A stretch of DNA of 64,000 nt from an uncultured Phycisphaerales bacterium (GCA_963772725.1 CAVYYI010000003.1:544001-608000); one strand, 5' to 3'. Shown: positions 33,346 to 45,000, numbered from the stretch's first letter. Notes: a model not told the origin generated them from the letters alone. Made by a program: numbers and translations.

Positions 33346-33627
33346 TATTCAGCCTTTCCGCACATTATTATAACTATATCCCCCGCAAACGTCAATTGAG
33401 TATCGTTTAGTTTAGTCTCCACCCGCCTACCACCGTCGGGTCGATTAGTCCTGCTGCCTGTTTACTAACGACTATCGACTAACTACTTAACGACTCATAA
33501 TGCCGCTGGACAAATCCGAAATGGGGTGGATTATGATTTAGTTAAAAATCAAAGTCGGATTCGAGTATTTATGGTCCGAGGGCCGATCAGGATTTTCAGG
33601 AAAAACCAGATTCCTTATTTGAGATGG

Positions 33628-34161
33628 ATGTTTGAAGACAGAGGTGATATTCCCAGGCCTGATGGAGAAATACCGCTTTTGTTTATAAGTATATTATTGG
33701 CGGTTATATTTTTTAGCATATTGATATTCTACCGGGAGTATCTGAGAATCTTTTGGATATTTGCTTTAGGGGTGGGGATAATATCGGCAGCAGTCGGAGT
33801 ATTTTTGGGGAGCATTGGAGAAAGTGCGTTTTATAATCTGGATTCGGGCGATGGATATATGGCTTCGTGGGTTGGGAGTATCTGGGGTTTTGTGATGGGT
33901 GCTGCTTTTGTGGGTATAATCGGGAAAATATATAAAAAGTATAATAGCAGGGTCAGTATGGCTGGGTATGCAACTGACATAGGAGCAATAACGGGAGTAG
34001 TCGCTTCTTCGATTATTCATGGTTATTTGATGATAGCTTACGAAGAAAAGAGTTTTGTTTATATGGCAGCGGGGTCTTGTTTTGGCATAGTAGTGGGTAT
34101 ATTGATTGGGTGGATCAGCAGCGGGATTATAAGATTTTATAAAATAAAAATTGCGGGATGA
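33628..34161 (+). CDS. hypothetical glycine-rich membrane protein
   Basis: About five hydrophobic helices with GxxxG patterns; start uncertain (frame opens at 33526). Confidence 0.6.
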   Translation: MFEDRGDIPRPDGEIPLLFISILLAVIFFSILIFYREYLRIFWIFALGVGIISAAVGVFLGSIGESAFYNLDSGDGYMASWVGSIWGFVMGAAFVGIIGKIYKKYNSRVSMAGYATDIGAITGVVASSIIHGYLMIAYEEKSFVYMAAGSCFGIVVGILIGWISSGIIRFYKIKIAG

Positions 34162-34242
34162 ATAGACAATACCTTGCCAGCAGGAGGCGTTTAGTAAGAG
34201 ACCACGGCCATAAGTGCCGCGGCTAATCAACTTCAATGAAAA

Positions 34243-35907
34243 TTACATTCTTTTGTAACGTGGGCCGCCGGTGCCTTCGGGGGCGGTCCAGCGGATGTTG
34301 TCGAAGGGACATTTTCTCTGGCAGGTCTTGCAGTGTACGCAGTTGGATGGATTGGCGGGCTTAACTTTTCCGCTGACGGTTTCATAGACGCCTGCGGGAC
34401 AAAACGTGATGCAGGGGCGGTTGAATTTTGGGCCGCATTTCTGGACGCAGGTATTGGTGTTAATAATCGAGAGGTGGCTTGGTTGTTCCTCGCGGTGCTG
34501 GGTTGCGGCCAGGGCGGTAAAGGTGTCTTTATCGTACTGCTGTTTCGGTTTAAGGCGGTATCGGCGGACGGTCATTGCCTGGTAATCTTTTTCAATGGTG
34601 AATTTTGGCAGCAGTTCACCGAGAACAGACAGCGGAAAGCCTATGAGCATGCCGAATTTGGCTACGGTTTGCCTGTAATTGCGAGCGGACTTCATTTCTT
34701 TGCCGGTATTCGACTGTTCGAACATTTCGGTATATTTTTCGGCGGCCTTGGCGGGGTTGCCTATCGAGGAGGCGATGGCTTTTGCGGCCATAATGCCGGA
34801 ATTAATCGCGTTGTTTAGGCCTTTAATTTTGTGCATATTAACCAGGCCTGCGCTGTCGCCGAGAATTAGGCAGTTTGCTTTACCGATGGAGCCGGTTTGG
34901 GCATCGCGAGGAATTGCGTGGTAGCCGCCTTCTGGAATCATTTTGGCACCGGCCTCAATGACGGTGCCGCCCTCAATGAACTGTTTTACGAATGAGTGTT
35001 CCTTGAATTTTGTCAAGGCGTCTTCGGGATTGAAATCGTAATATTTCCAGTCTGCCCCGACAATCATACCAACGGCGATAAGGTCCTGCGAGAGGGGGTA
35101 CATAATTCCGCCGCCAAAAATCCCCGGGCCAACCAGTGGGGTCCAGATGGGGTAGCCCATAGCGTGAACGACTCTATCTGCGCCGAATTTGGCATATTGT
35201 TCGGGAGCAACCTTGATAATTTCCTTGATGCCTACTGAGAAAAGCTGCGGGTGCCGCCTGTGGAGTTTGGCTTTTTCGATGAGTTTTTCGGTGAGCAGGC
35301 CGTCACAGCCCTCCGCGAGGATTACAAAATCGGCGTTAATAATTTCGCCATGGACGAAGTTGGGCTGTTTGTGTCCCTCCTTATCAAGACCCTGGTCAAC
35401 GAGTTTTAGGCCGGTAACTTTGCCGGTGCTGTCGAGGATTATATCATCGGCGGCAAAACCTGTGAGGACTTCGACACCGCTCTGCCTGGCAATCTGGCCG
35501 AGCCATGCGGTGAGTTTGCTGATAGAGACGACGTAATCGCCCCGGTGAACCATTTTGCCGAATCCGATACCGAATTTGGAAGCCATCCTGATTGCATAAA
35601 AGACGTTAAAAGCGCATTTTTTGCCGAGCAGGAACATTATGCTGTCTTTGGCAACCTTTTTTGAGAGTATATCTTTGGCAGGCTCTGTATCCTTCCACGC
35701 CGGCAGGGTAGCATCGAGCAGGGTATGCAGGGCGTCAGGTTCGAGAACCGCGCCGGAAAGATTGTGATTTCCCAGGTCGGCGGCTTTTTCGATAACGCAG
35801 ATATCCAACTGGGGTCTCTGGATTTTCAATTGAATAGCGGCGGCAAGGCCGGCGGGGCCTGCGCCGGCTATTAATACGGATACTTTACGATAGTCATTAT
35901 TCTGCAC
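34243..35907 (-). CDS. ETF:quinone oxidoreductase (FixC/FixX-like, FAD plus C-terminal Fe-S)
   Basis: GAGPAG, HNLSGAV, AEGC.G, GDSAG, CITFCPAGVYE and NCVHCKTC...CP motifs. Confidence 0.93.
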   Translation of the reverse strand: MQNNDYRKVSVLIAGAGPAGLAAAIQLKIQRPQLDICVIEKAADLGNHNLSGAVLEPDALHTLLDATLPAWKDTEPAKDILSKKVAKDSIMFLLGKKCAFNVFYAIRMASKFGIGFGKMVHRGDYVVSISKLTAWLGQIARQSGVEVLTGFAADDIILDSTGKVTGLKLVDQGLDKEGHKQPNFVHGEIINADFVILAEGCDGLLTEKLIEKAKLHRRHPQLFSVGIKEIIKVAPEQYAKFGADRVVHAMGYPIWTPLVGPGIFGGGIMYPLSQDLIAVGMIVGADWKYYDFNPEDALTKFKEHSFVKQFIEGGTVIEAGAKMIPEGGYHAIPRDAQTGSIGKANCLILGDSAGLVNMHKIKGLNNAINSGIMAAKAIASSIGNPAKAAEKYTEMFEQSNTGKEMKSARNYRQTVAKFGMLIGFPLSVLGELLPKFTIEKDYQAMTVRRYRLKPKQQYDKDTFTALAATQHREEQPSHLSIINTNTCVQKCGPKFNRPCITFCPAGVYETVSGKVKPANPSNCVHCKTCQRKCPFDNIRWTAPEGTGGPRYKRM

Positions 35908-35920
35908 GTTTTTACTCCAG

Positions 35921-38002
35921 TTATAAAGCCTGAACCAGTTGAGGTACTATTTCTTCGACATTTCCAATGATATAGTAATCGCATTGTCTGAATATTGGTG
36001 CGTTCGGGTCGCTGTTTACGGCGATAATCGTTTCGCTGTTTGCCACGCCAATCATGTGCTGGATTGCGCCAGAGATACCGAGAGCCACATAAATTTTGGG
36101 ACCGACGGCGGTTCCGGTCTGCCCGACTTGGTGTATCCGTTCAGCAAACCCTTGTTCGACGGCGGTTCGCGAGGCACCTTTTTCAACCGAGGCGCTGAAC
36201 GTTTCGGCGAGTCTTGAGCAGAGCGAGCCGAGCAGTTTTTCGTAGTTGTCGCGGTTCTGCATTCCTTTACCCCCGCTAACGATTATATCGGCAGAGAAAT
36301 TGACCGAACCCGTGCCGAGTTCTGTATTTATAATTTCAAGACTTATATCGTCGGGTGAAAGCGGTACGCTGTGCCTGATTATCTGGCCTGTTCTTGAATA
36401 ATCGGGATCCAGCCTTTTCATAACACCGGGCCTTGCGGTTGCCATCTGGGAATTCGAATCCTTGGTGGAGATAGTTGCCATGACGTTTCCGCCCAGTGCC
36501 GGTCTTGTCTGCATAAGAATCGCGATTTGATTTTTTCGCGAACTGTCCCTGATGTCGAGCGAGGTGCAATCGGCGGTAAGGCCGCAACCGACCCTGTATG
36601 AGACCATCGGGGCGAGCATTCTGCCCTGTGGGGTCGCGCCGAACAGGACAATCTGAGGCCGATATTTGGTTACGCAGTCAGCAACGGCTTTTCTATACGC
36701 CGCAGGGTCGAACGTATCGAGGATTTTATCGTTAATGAGATAGACGTTGTCGGCGCCGGCGGCGATGAGTTCTTTCGCGGCAGATTCAACGTTGAATCCC
36801 GCCAGACAAACGCCGGCTTTTGTTTCGAGTGAGTCGGCCAGTTCGCGTGCCTTACCGATAAGTTCGAAGGTCGCGGGGTGAATCTGACCGCCGGTGTGTT
36901 CGGCGACGACCCAGACTTCGCCTTTATAGGTCGGTTCTGAGAGTTTCAGGCCGTTGAGCATATCATCGAGGGCGTTTTTGTGAAAATGTTTGCCTGCGGA
37001 GGCGACGATTTTTTCTTTGGCAGTTTCGTCAATGTGGCTGATGTCGGTGATATTGAGGTTTTTCAGTATGTCGGCTAAAATTTTGAAATCCTCGGATTCC
37101 TTTTGTGTTCCCTCGAAATTTCTGTCGAATTTGCCGTTTCTTTTGTTCGGCAGAACGTAGCGGTGATTTTGACCGGCAGCGGAATCGGCAGCACTGTTGT
37201 GACGGAAACTTTCGGCGAGGAGCGCAGCCAGCGATTTGACATCGGTAACGTGCTGGCATTTTCTGGAACTTTTGCCGGGTGGGAAGACGCGAATAACGCG
37301 GGTCTTTGAGCCTTTGACGCCGATATGAGTCGCATTAATGTCGGCACTGCCCCAGCGGATGACTTGAATCTTATTTGCCCGCCTTGTGGCGGCGAAAGTG
37401 GAAAACAGGGGATATTCGTATTTTGCGACGGTAATGACGGCGGGTGGATTTTTCAGGGCGACAGTCTGGCTGCCTCCGCTGATGATACGGGTAAATTCAA
37501 AGCGGCGGCTGTGAAATTCGGCTTTGGTAGCGTAAGCGATGCAGGGCAGGTTCAGCTCTTCGGCAATCTGTGGCGGAACCTGCGCGGTGTCGCCGTCGAC
37601 GGACTGCATGCCGCTTATAATATAATAATCGTTGCTGCCGTTGAAGATTTCTTTGACTATTCTTCTTATCGCAAAAGCCAGGGGATTAGCGGTAGCCCAG
37701 GTGTCGGCGCCGCCCAGAGCGGCGTCGGTGAGCAGGACAGCTGAATCGGCGCACCTGCTGAGGCTGTATCGCAGGACTTCGGCGGCCATAGGCGGACCCA
37801 TCGTAAGGGCGATGATTTTGGCCGTATCGTCGCCGCTGATTTTTTTCATCATATTGGCAAAGGCTAGCGCCTGCGTATCCAGCTCATTGATTACACTTGC
37901 CAGGCGGCTGCGGATAAGCGTGCCGCTTTCGGGGTCGAAGGCGTTGTCGGTGATTTGCGTTACGTCAGGTACCTGTTTAACCAAAACTATGTAGTTGCTC
38001 AT
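35921..38002 (-). CDS. fused electron-transfer flavoprotein beta-alpha subunit
   Basis: EtfB motifs VKQVPD, GADTWAT, DGDTAQVPP, then a linker, then EtfA motifs GLTADC, TRPALGGN, QVGQTG, GISGAIQH. Confidence 0.93.
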   Translation of the reverse strand: MSNYIVLVKQVPDVTQITDNAFDPESGTLIRSRLASVINELDTQALAFANMMKKISGDDTAKIIALTMGPPMAAEVLRYSLSRCADSAVLLTDAALGGADTWATANPLAFAIRRIVKEIFNGSNDYYIISGMQSVDGDTAQVPPQIAEELNLPCIAYATKAEFHSRRFEFTRIISGGSQTVALKNPPAVITVAKYEYPLFSTFAATRRANKIQVIRWGSADINATHIGVKGSKTRVIRVFPPGKSSRKCQHVTDVKSLAALLAESFRHNSAADSAAGQNHRYVLPNKRNGKFDRNFEGTQKESEDFKILADILKNLNITDISHIDETAKEKIVASAGKHFHKNALDDMLNGLKLSEPTYKGEVWVVAEHTGGQIHPATFELIGKARELADSLETKAGVCLAGFNVESAAKELIAAGADNVYLINDKILDTFDPAAYRKAVADCVTKYRPQIVLFGATPQGRMLAPMVSYRVGCGLTADCTSLDIRDSSRKNQIAILMQTRPALGGNVMATISTKDSNSQMATARPGVMKRLDPDYSRTGQIIRHSVPLSPDDISLEIINTELGTGSVNFSADIIVSGGKGMQNRDNYEKLLGSLCSRLAETFSASVEKGASRTAVEQGFAERIHQVGQTGTAVGPKIYVALGISGAIQHMIGVANSETIIAVNSDPNAPIFRQCDYYIIGNVEEIVPQLVQAL

Positions 38003-38256
38003 GAAAACTCTTTTCCCAAAACATCAAAACTCTTGCGTATTGTGAAGAATTTTTATAATCTTACCTATTATCGTTTTGATTTTTATAAATATCTATAAAA
38101 AAATTGCGTTTTTCTTGTCTTATCGTGCTAATAATTAATCTGAATTGGTCTTTAATACAAGAAAATTGCCTTGGGACTTGCTAATTAAATTGAAATTTTG
38201 TCTAATATGACAGATAGTTTTTAACAGGTTAAAACTTTTTTATCGAGGACAAGCGT

Positions 38257-38883
38257 ATGGCAGACTTAAAAGCATTGGCAGAAGCGATTATTAAAGGCGA
38301 CCAGAACTCGGCGGTGAAAATTACCCGCGATGCACTTGGCGAAAAAATTGCTCCGAGAAGTATTCTCAACGAGGGCCTGATTGCCGGTATGGATGTCATA
38401 GGTGACAGATTCAAGAAGAACGAGGTGTATATACCGGAAGTTCTTATCGCCGCCAGGGCGATGAAGTCGGCTATGGAGATTCTCGAACCGGAACTTGTCA
38501 AGGCCGGTGTCAAGCCGATAGGTAAATTCCTGATTGGTACGGTACAGGGCGATCTGCACGATATCGGCAAAAACCTTGTGGCGATGATGATGAAAGGCGC
38601 GGGCTTTGAGGTCATAGATTTAGGCGTGGATATATCGGCGGAGAAATTCGTTGAACGCGCCAAAACGACAGGTGTTCAGTTGATTGGAATGAGCGCACTT
38701 CTGACGACGACAATGCCCTCTATGGAAAAAACCATAAAGGCGCTTAAAGATGCTGGAGTAAAAGCGAAAGTGATGATTGGTGGGGCACCGGTAACGCAGG
38801 GCTACGCCGATAAAATCGGCGCGGACGGTTATTCCGCGGACGCCGCTTCGGCGGTCGATTTGGCTAAAAAGCTTGTTGCCTAA
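38257..38883 (+). CDS. corrinoid (B12-binding) methyltransferase protein
   Basis: GTVQGDLHDIGKN (DxHxxG), SALLTTTM and IGGAP motifs. Confidence 0.95.
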   Translation: MADLKALAEAIIKGDQNSAVKITRDALGEKIAPRSILNEGLIAGMDVIGDRFKKNEVYIPEVLIAARAMKSAMEILEPELVKAGVKPIGKFLIGTVQGDLHDIGKNLVAMMMKGAGFEVIDLGVDISAEKFVERAKTTGVQLIGMSALLTTTMPSMEKTIKALKDAGVKAKVMIGGAPVTQGYADKIGADGYSADAASAVDLAKKLVA

Positions 38884-38909
38884 CCTGTCCCCTTAAACGC
38901 AGGTTAATT

Positions 38910-39947
38910 ATGAGCAGTATTCGAGAAAAGCTTATGGCGTCACTTGCCGGAGAGCCGGTAAAGTGCCCTGTATATGTGGTCTATGACCTGTTTGTCAATC
39001 GATGGAAGCTGGATTGGGACAGACTTTGGTCGCTTGGGCTTGGCCGGATAAATCACGCCTCTTTGCTGGATTATGAATTTCCGCATCTGGAAATCCAGGA
39101 GAAAAAAATCGAGAAAGAAGGACATATTCATCGCGATGTACGGTGGATTACCGATAGGGGTGAGCTTCATGAGTGGTATATCGATTTCTGGCGGCAGGAA
39201 TATTTTGTCAAAAAGCCGCAGGATTATTTGATTCTGGCACGAGCTTTTTCAGACGTTAAAGTCAAACCTGTAAATAAATATTATGAAGAGTCTGAAGCTT
39301 TGCTGGGTGATAAGGGGATTACCTTTGGCCAGTTGGGCGATATTCCAGCCAAAAGCCGCAGTCCTTTTCAGCGTGTCCAGGTGGATTTTGCCGGCCTAGA
39401 GCAGTTCTCTATTGATGTTGCAATGGAACAGCCGGAATTAATGGAGCTTCTGGATGTCTTGACAGCCTTTAAACTGGAAGAATTTCGGCAGGCCGTAAAA
39501 ACCAAAGCGCCGATTATCAAACTCTGGGAAAATCTCAGCATTGATACTATGGGGCCACGGCTATTCCGCAAACACCTCGTGTCCTTCTACGAAAAAGTTT
39601 TTGAAATTCTTAAAGGTTCCGACAAGAAAATTGTAACGCATTATGACGGCAAGCTAAAATGTATTGCGGAAGATATAGCATCGCTCCAGATTGATGGAAT
39701 CGATTCTTTGACGCCGCCGCCGGAAGGCAATATGACTATCGCGGAAGCCCGGCAGGCCTGGCCGAAAAAGTTCTTCTGGCTGCATCCAACTTTAAGCTGG
39801 TTTGGTCTTGGCCTGGAAGAATTGAAGGCGAATATACGGCAGATGGTTCGGGACGCCGGCCCAACCCGTTTTTGTCTCGAAATCAGCGAGGATTGCCCGC
39901 CGAATTGGCAGGAGACAATCCCAGCGGTATTAGAGGCTCTGGGATAG
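38910..39947 (+). CDS. uroporphyrinogen decarboxylase/MtaA-family protein
   Basis: THYDGKL, IDSLTPPPEGN and C-terminal barrel pattern; adjacent to the corrinoid protein. Confidence 0.75.
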   Translation: MSSIREKLMASLAGEPVKCPVYVVYDLFVNRWKLDWDRLWSLGLGRINHASLLDYEFPHLEIQEKKIEKEGHIHRDVRWITDRGELHEWYIDFWRQEYFVKKPQDYLILARAFSDVKVKPVNKYYEESEALLGDKGITFGQLGDIPAKSRSPFQRVQVDFAGLEQFSIDVAMEQPELMELLDVLTAFKLEEFRQAVKTKAPIIKLWENLSIDTMGPRLFRKHLVSFYEKVFEILKGSDKKIVTHYDGKLKCIAEDIASLQIDGIDSLTPPPEGNMTIAEARQAWPKKFFWLHPTLSWFGLGLEELKANIRQMVRDAGPTRFCLEISEDCPPNWQETIPAVLEALG

Positions 39948-40022
39948 CAGCCATCGGCAGCTACTCAAAACTGCACCGACCATTGTTTTTTTGGAAAACA
40001 CAGAGTAGTAGAAAATCTTAAG

Positions 40023-40058
40023 AAACAGTCCTGAGGTAAACCTCAAGGCTGTTTTTTT
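40023..40058 (+). terminator. probable intrinsic terminator
   Basis: aaacag-tcc-tgagg-taaa-cctca-agg-ctgttt followed by a T run. Confidence 0.55.
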
Positions 40059-40146
40059 ATTTTTAATCTGTTAAAATAGGGGGAAAAGACGACCGCTCCA
40101 TTACTGTTGCGGTTCTGCGACAGCTTATATGGCGGCGGTTGAGGTA

Positions 40147-41841
40147 ATTATGCGGCGGATAAAAAACAAAAATCTTGCGCAATTGCTGACGGAACTTCGT
40201 TTTACGCCTCAAAGGCAAAGGCGAAAGCAGCTCAACCGCGCGGAAAAACTTCTGGCCGAAATTGATAAGGACAAGGAATATCCATTTGATTTTGTGTTCT
40301 ATCGCATAACTGGTTTCCAATCGAAAGGGCTTTCGGAGCTGCACGGAGTAAAAGGCTACGAGCTCACGGACGACCTTGCTATATTTATTGCCCGATTGAG
40401 CAATCAGGCCGCCCCGCATATTAAGGAGCAGGGGCAGAAAGTTTATTCGGTTGATGAGCTGGCGGAATTTCTGGACGTATCGACAAAGACGATACATCGC
40501 TGGCGAAAACGGGGGCTTGTGGCGAGGAAATTTATTTTTGAGGATGGGGAAAATCGAATCGGCTTTTTGGAATCGAGCGTTAAGCAGTTTCTTGATGCCA
40601 ACGGAACGATTATTGCGAAAGCAAAAAAGTTTGCCAGGCTTACGAATAAAGAAAAGCAGCAGATTATTAAAGAGGCAGCCAAACTCGCGGTAAATGGGCA
40701 GATGTCCCCTCACCAGATAATTGTGCACCTCGCGTTAAAGACGGCAAGAGCTGTTGAAACCGTCAGGTATGTAATTATGGGCTATGAAAAGGCGCATCCC
40801 GACAAACCTGTTTTCGGCGGGTACAGGGGAGTAATCAGCCCGTCGCAGAGCGGCGAGATTTATAAATTGTATAGGCAGGGTGTCAAAATAAAAGACCTTA
40901 CAGGCAGGTTCAACCGCAACGCAAGCTCTATACACCGGATTATAAATCAGCACAGGGCGAAAAATCTTTTTGCCAGGAAAATCGAGTTTATCGTAAGCAA
41001 GGAGTTTGGCGAGCAAGGTGCGGCGGGGAAAATTATTGCTGAGCCTTTCGGCGTGACGGCGCAGGCGGAGCTTAAGAGTGATGAGTTATTGAGACCTATG
41101 GGCGGTTCGCTGACAACGTATTTACAGGCATTGAAAAATCTAAAGCCGCTGGACAGGGAACGCGAGATAAGATTATTCAGGAGGTATAATTATTTAAAAT
41201 ATGCGGCGTCCACTCTGCGGGCAGAAATAAAACTTTCGCTTGCTTCGGGCACCAAACTCGGCAGGATTGAAAAATACCTCGCCGAAGCGGAAGCAGTCAA
41301 GAAAGTCATTATCGAGGCAAACCTTCGTCTGGTTGTAAGCATAGCCGGCAGGCATACCGCCAAAGGGGCCAACCTGGCGGACCTTATCAGCGAGGGCAAT
41401 TTTTCGCTGATGCGTGCCGTCGAAAAATTCGATTATACCAGAGGATTTCGTTTCGGGACTTATGCCTCTTTGGCGATAGCCAAGGATTTTGCCCGCAGGA
41501 TACCCGCCGAAAGCGCAAGGCCTGATAAATCATCGGCGGCATCGCTGGACAATGTCTCGCACAATTTCAGGGACACCGAGGCGGTGGGTGTGGCTGCTAT
41601 CGAAAGAACCCGAAAAAGCCTTATACAGAGCATCAGGAATAATCTTGATCAGCGGGAGCAGTTTATAATTCTGAATCATTTCGGGCTGGCGGACACACCT
41701 GTCAAAGATAAAAAAACTCTCGAGCAAATCGGGCTGGAACTCAACTTGACCAAGGAAAGGGTGCGGCAGATTGAGCTTCTCGCCCTGCAGAAACTCCGCC
41801 AATCGTTGAGCATCGAGGAGTTTGAACTGCTGACAGGTTAG
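40147..41841 (+). CDS. sigma-70 family factor with long N-terminal HTH-containing extension
   Basis: Region 2 EANLRLVVSIA...EGN..LMRAVEKFDYTRGFRFGTYA; region 4 TLEQIG..LNLTKERVRQIE; excisionase/MerR-like HTH YSVDELAEFLDVSTKTIHRW. Start at 40129 or 40147. Confidence 0.9.
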   Translation: MMRRIKNKNLAQLLTELRFTPQRQRRKQLNRAEKLLAEIDKDKEYPFDFVFYRITGFQSKGLSELHGVKGYELTDDLAIFIARLSNQAAPHIKEQGQKVYSVDELAEFLDVSTKTIHRWRKRGLVARKFIFEDGENRIGFLESSVKQFLDANGTIIAKAKKFARLTNKEKQQIIKEAAKLAVNGQMSPHQIIVHLALKTARAVETVRYVIMGYEKAHPDKPVFGGYRGVISPSQSGEIYKLYRQGVKIKDLTGRFNRNASSIHRIINQHRAKNLFARKIEFIVSKEFGEQGAAGKIIAEPFGVTAQAELKSDELLRPMGGSLTTYLQALKNLKPLDREREIRLFRRYNYLKYAASTLRAEIKLSLASGTKLGRIEKYLAEAEAVKKVIIEANLRLVVSIAGRHTAKGANLADLISEGNFSLMRAVEKFDYTRGFRFGTYASLAIAKDFARRIPAESARPDKSSAASLDNVSHNFRDTEAVGVAAIERTRKSLIQSIRNNLDQREQFIILNHFGLADTPVKDKKTLEQIGLELNLTKERVRQIELLALQKLRQSLSIEEFELLTG

Positions 41842-41851
41842 CCGGCCTGAA

Positions 41852-42034
41852 TTATTTTGAATCAATTTCGATGCCGGCAGGTTTCAGACCGTCGGCGTCG
41901 CCTTTGTAAAATTTCCAGCCCAAATCGATGTTGGTACTGACTCTCACATCCTTCTGCGATATACTCGCGTCCGCGCAATTGCAGCACCCGCCGACAAAAA
42001 TCCCCAAAAAAACCGCACCGATAATTAATCTCAT
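41852..42034 (-). pseudogene. N-terminal remnant of a secreted GH2-like glycosidase
   Basis: Signal peptide, then RVSTNIDLGWKFYKGD, then truncation; SD AGGAG upstream. Confidence 0.5.
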
Positions 42035-42043
42035 CGTTTTCTC

Positions 42044-45000
42044 CTAAACCTGATTATCTTTAATTTCCACTGCCGTAGCCGGTGTTAGAAAATATAACCA
42101 CATACCGGCGATATCCTTTTTCAATATCATTTTAGCCGCTCTGCCGTAAAACTCCAACTGCTTTCGATAAAATTCCGCCCGCCTGCCGGCCTCACCCGCA
42201 CCAATATTATCATTCTTGAAATCCACCACAATCAATCCTTTCGGCGTTTCAGCCATCAAATCGATTATGCCCTGAACAACAATATTCTCGTCGCAGCCTT
42301 CGCACGAACCGCCGGCATACTCATTCACCGGCACGGCAAATGAGAATGGCCACTCGCGCAGCACGTTTTTAGCGTTGAGAATTTCTCTGCCCAAATCGCT
42401 CTGGAAAAATTTCATTATCGCTTTTGCGTTGACAGATTTAGCGACGTTTTGACTTATCGCGCCGTCACAGATGAGTTTATTAATCGTTTTCTGAATCTTA
42501 TCGAGAGTGACTTCGCCGTTTAAGTTGAGTTTGGCCAGCACAAGATGCACAGCCGTACCGATTTGCCCCGCATCAACCGTTTTAGTTGACTCATTCTGTA
42601 ACAGCGACTGCGGCTTTTGCGACAATGCCTTCGAATAATCAATCCGCAGAAATTCATCATTGCGATGCGTCATCTGCGTTACAGAGTCCTTAGCCGGAAG
42701 CTTACATATTTGCTCGAAGCGGTATCGCCACGCAAGCGATTCTTTTATCTTCTCAAATAATTCTCTATCTGCCGGTGCGATTTTTGTCTTTTTGGTTATC
42801 GCTGAACTTTTGATTTTATTATCTCTTAACTGCCTGAGATACTTCGACAGTTCATCAAGTTCTATTCGCCCATAAATTTCCGCGGTGAACAGCTTGTCAT
42901 CTTTCGCGCCTTCTTCCAAACCGGTCTCGAAAATCTCGTGCAGAAGTTTCTGGTCGCTCAGCCCATAAAGTATCCACTCCAGCGGCTTACAGCATCGCCT
43001 CAGCAACCAGTCACAGATTGCTCCATCGCTGAATAAAAATCCGCTGCTTATAATATTTTTGCAGCTCCCCGTCTTTTCAGATGCGACAAGAATGAGCCTT
43101 TCTCTTGCCCTTGTCATTGCGACATAGAGTATTCGCATTTCTTCCGCCAGCGATGCCGCCATCTTTTTTTCCGCGATAATCTGATGTGCCGTTCGAGCTT
43201 AATCTGCTCTGCGATTGCTGCTCGATTATCTGCAAACCCAAAGTGTCCTGGGCATCGTAAAGCAAATCGCAGTGAATGTCCCGCATATTAAATCTGCTGT
43301 TAAGTTCCGCCAGAAATACCACCGGAAATTCAAGCCCCTTACTCTTGTGAACGCTCATAATCCGAACAGCGTTTTCCGCCGCGCCCTGCGGTTCCGCCGA
43401 TGTCCAGTTCTCGCCCGCATCTTCCAGCTTTTCAATAAACTCTACGAACCGCCTCACCGAAGGCACACCAGTATTGCTCGCGAATCCCTCGAATTGCACC
43501 GCCCTGTCGTGCAGTTTAAGAAGATTGGCCTTACGCGCCGGGCCGCTAGGTAAAGCACTCACAAACGCCGTAAAATCAGTCTCAAGATAAATCCGCCAAA
43601 TCAAATCCGCTAGACTGCCTCGCCTGGCCGACACACGCCAGCAGTCAATTTTAGCAAATACCTCTTTGAGTTTGGCCGCCAGCTCTGTATCATCTCCATT
43701 GTTGGAATATTCAGCGGCCAGTTCATAAAAGTTTTTGCGCTGCGTATCGTCTTTATCGCTAAGTTTTATTTTGGCCAGTTCGCTGTCGGTAACTTTGAAA
43801 AATGGACTCCTCAGCACAGCGGCAAATTCAATATCACGTTGCGGATTATCCAGAATTTTCAGCAGACTTATGCAGTCCCGGATTTCCGTCGCCTCAAAAT
43901 ATCCGCCCGCATCTTGACTGCTCACAGGCACACCTGCCAGCCTAAGCACCTCAACGTAATCATTGACCCTTGTCGCCGGTGAGCGCAGCAGTATAACGAT
44001 ATCGCCGTATTGCACAGGTCTTAACTTATCCTGCTGTTTATCATAAATCTCAAATTCCGCCTTGCCCGATTCAACTCCGACAATCTGCCTAATTCGCTGG
44101 GCAATCATCGCCGCCTGACGCTGACGTGCACTGATTCCCGTCTCGCTTACGTCCTCTTCGCTGTTTGGCTCCCCGTTTTCTTCCTGCTCCTGCGACTCTT
44201 TATCCCTGCCTTTTTCATCGAGTATATGCAGCTCAACTGCGGGAATATCGCTCGTCTTCACCGCTGCTGACGCGGGCCTTAATCTCGCGGATTCGTCATA
44301 ATCAATCTTCGACAGCGATTCGGTCATTATCCTGCTGAACACTTTATTCACAAAATCGAGAATCCCTTTATCCGAACGGAAATTGGCGTTGAGGTCGATA
44401 CGCAATCCCTGCGTCGTTGTCCCCGGCTTAGTCGATGTGGGCTTTAACCGCTCCAGGAAAATTCCCGGCTCGGCACCGCGAAATGCGTAAATGCTCTGCT
44501 TGATGTCCCCGACCACGAAAATATTATCGCCCGAACGTAGCGCATCCAGAATCGCCTGCTGAACAGGGTTGATGTCCTGATATTCATCAACGGATATATA
44601 TTTATACCTTTTGCGAAGCGCCTCCGCCGTTTGCGATGGCAAAAACTTTTCCCCGTCTTCCGCCTGTATTGTCAGCAGTTTCAGTGCGTAATGCTCGAGG
44701 TCGGCAAAATCAAGACAATTTACAGCCATTTTAGCCTGCCGATAAAACCAGTCGAATTTTTTGACAAGTTCGATAATAACCCTCGTATGCTCCGTTACCG
44801 CCCCGCCAATCCTATTGAGATACTCCGGATTAACGATTGAAAGTTTGGAAAGGCCGACAAAAGCGTCCACGGCGTTTTTCACTGTGTCTTTAATGAGTTT
44901 CGCCGCCGATTCCGGTATATCTTTTGGTGTGCGAACATTCTGTTTTTCAAAATTTGTTAGCGCCTCGGTAAATCTTTTCCAATTTCCTGATTTCAATAAC

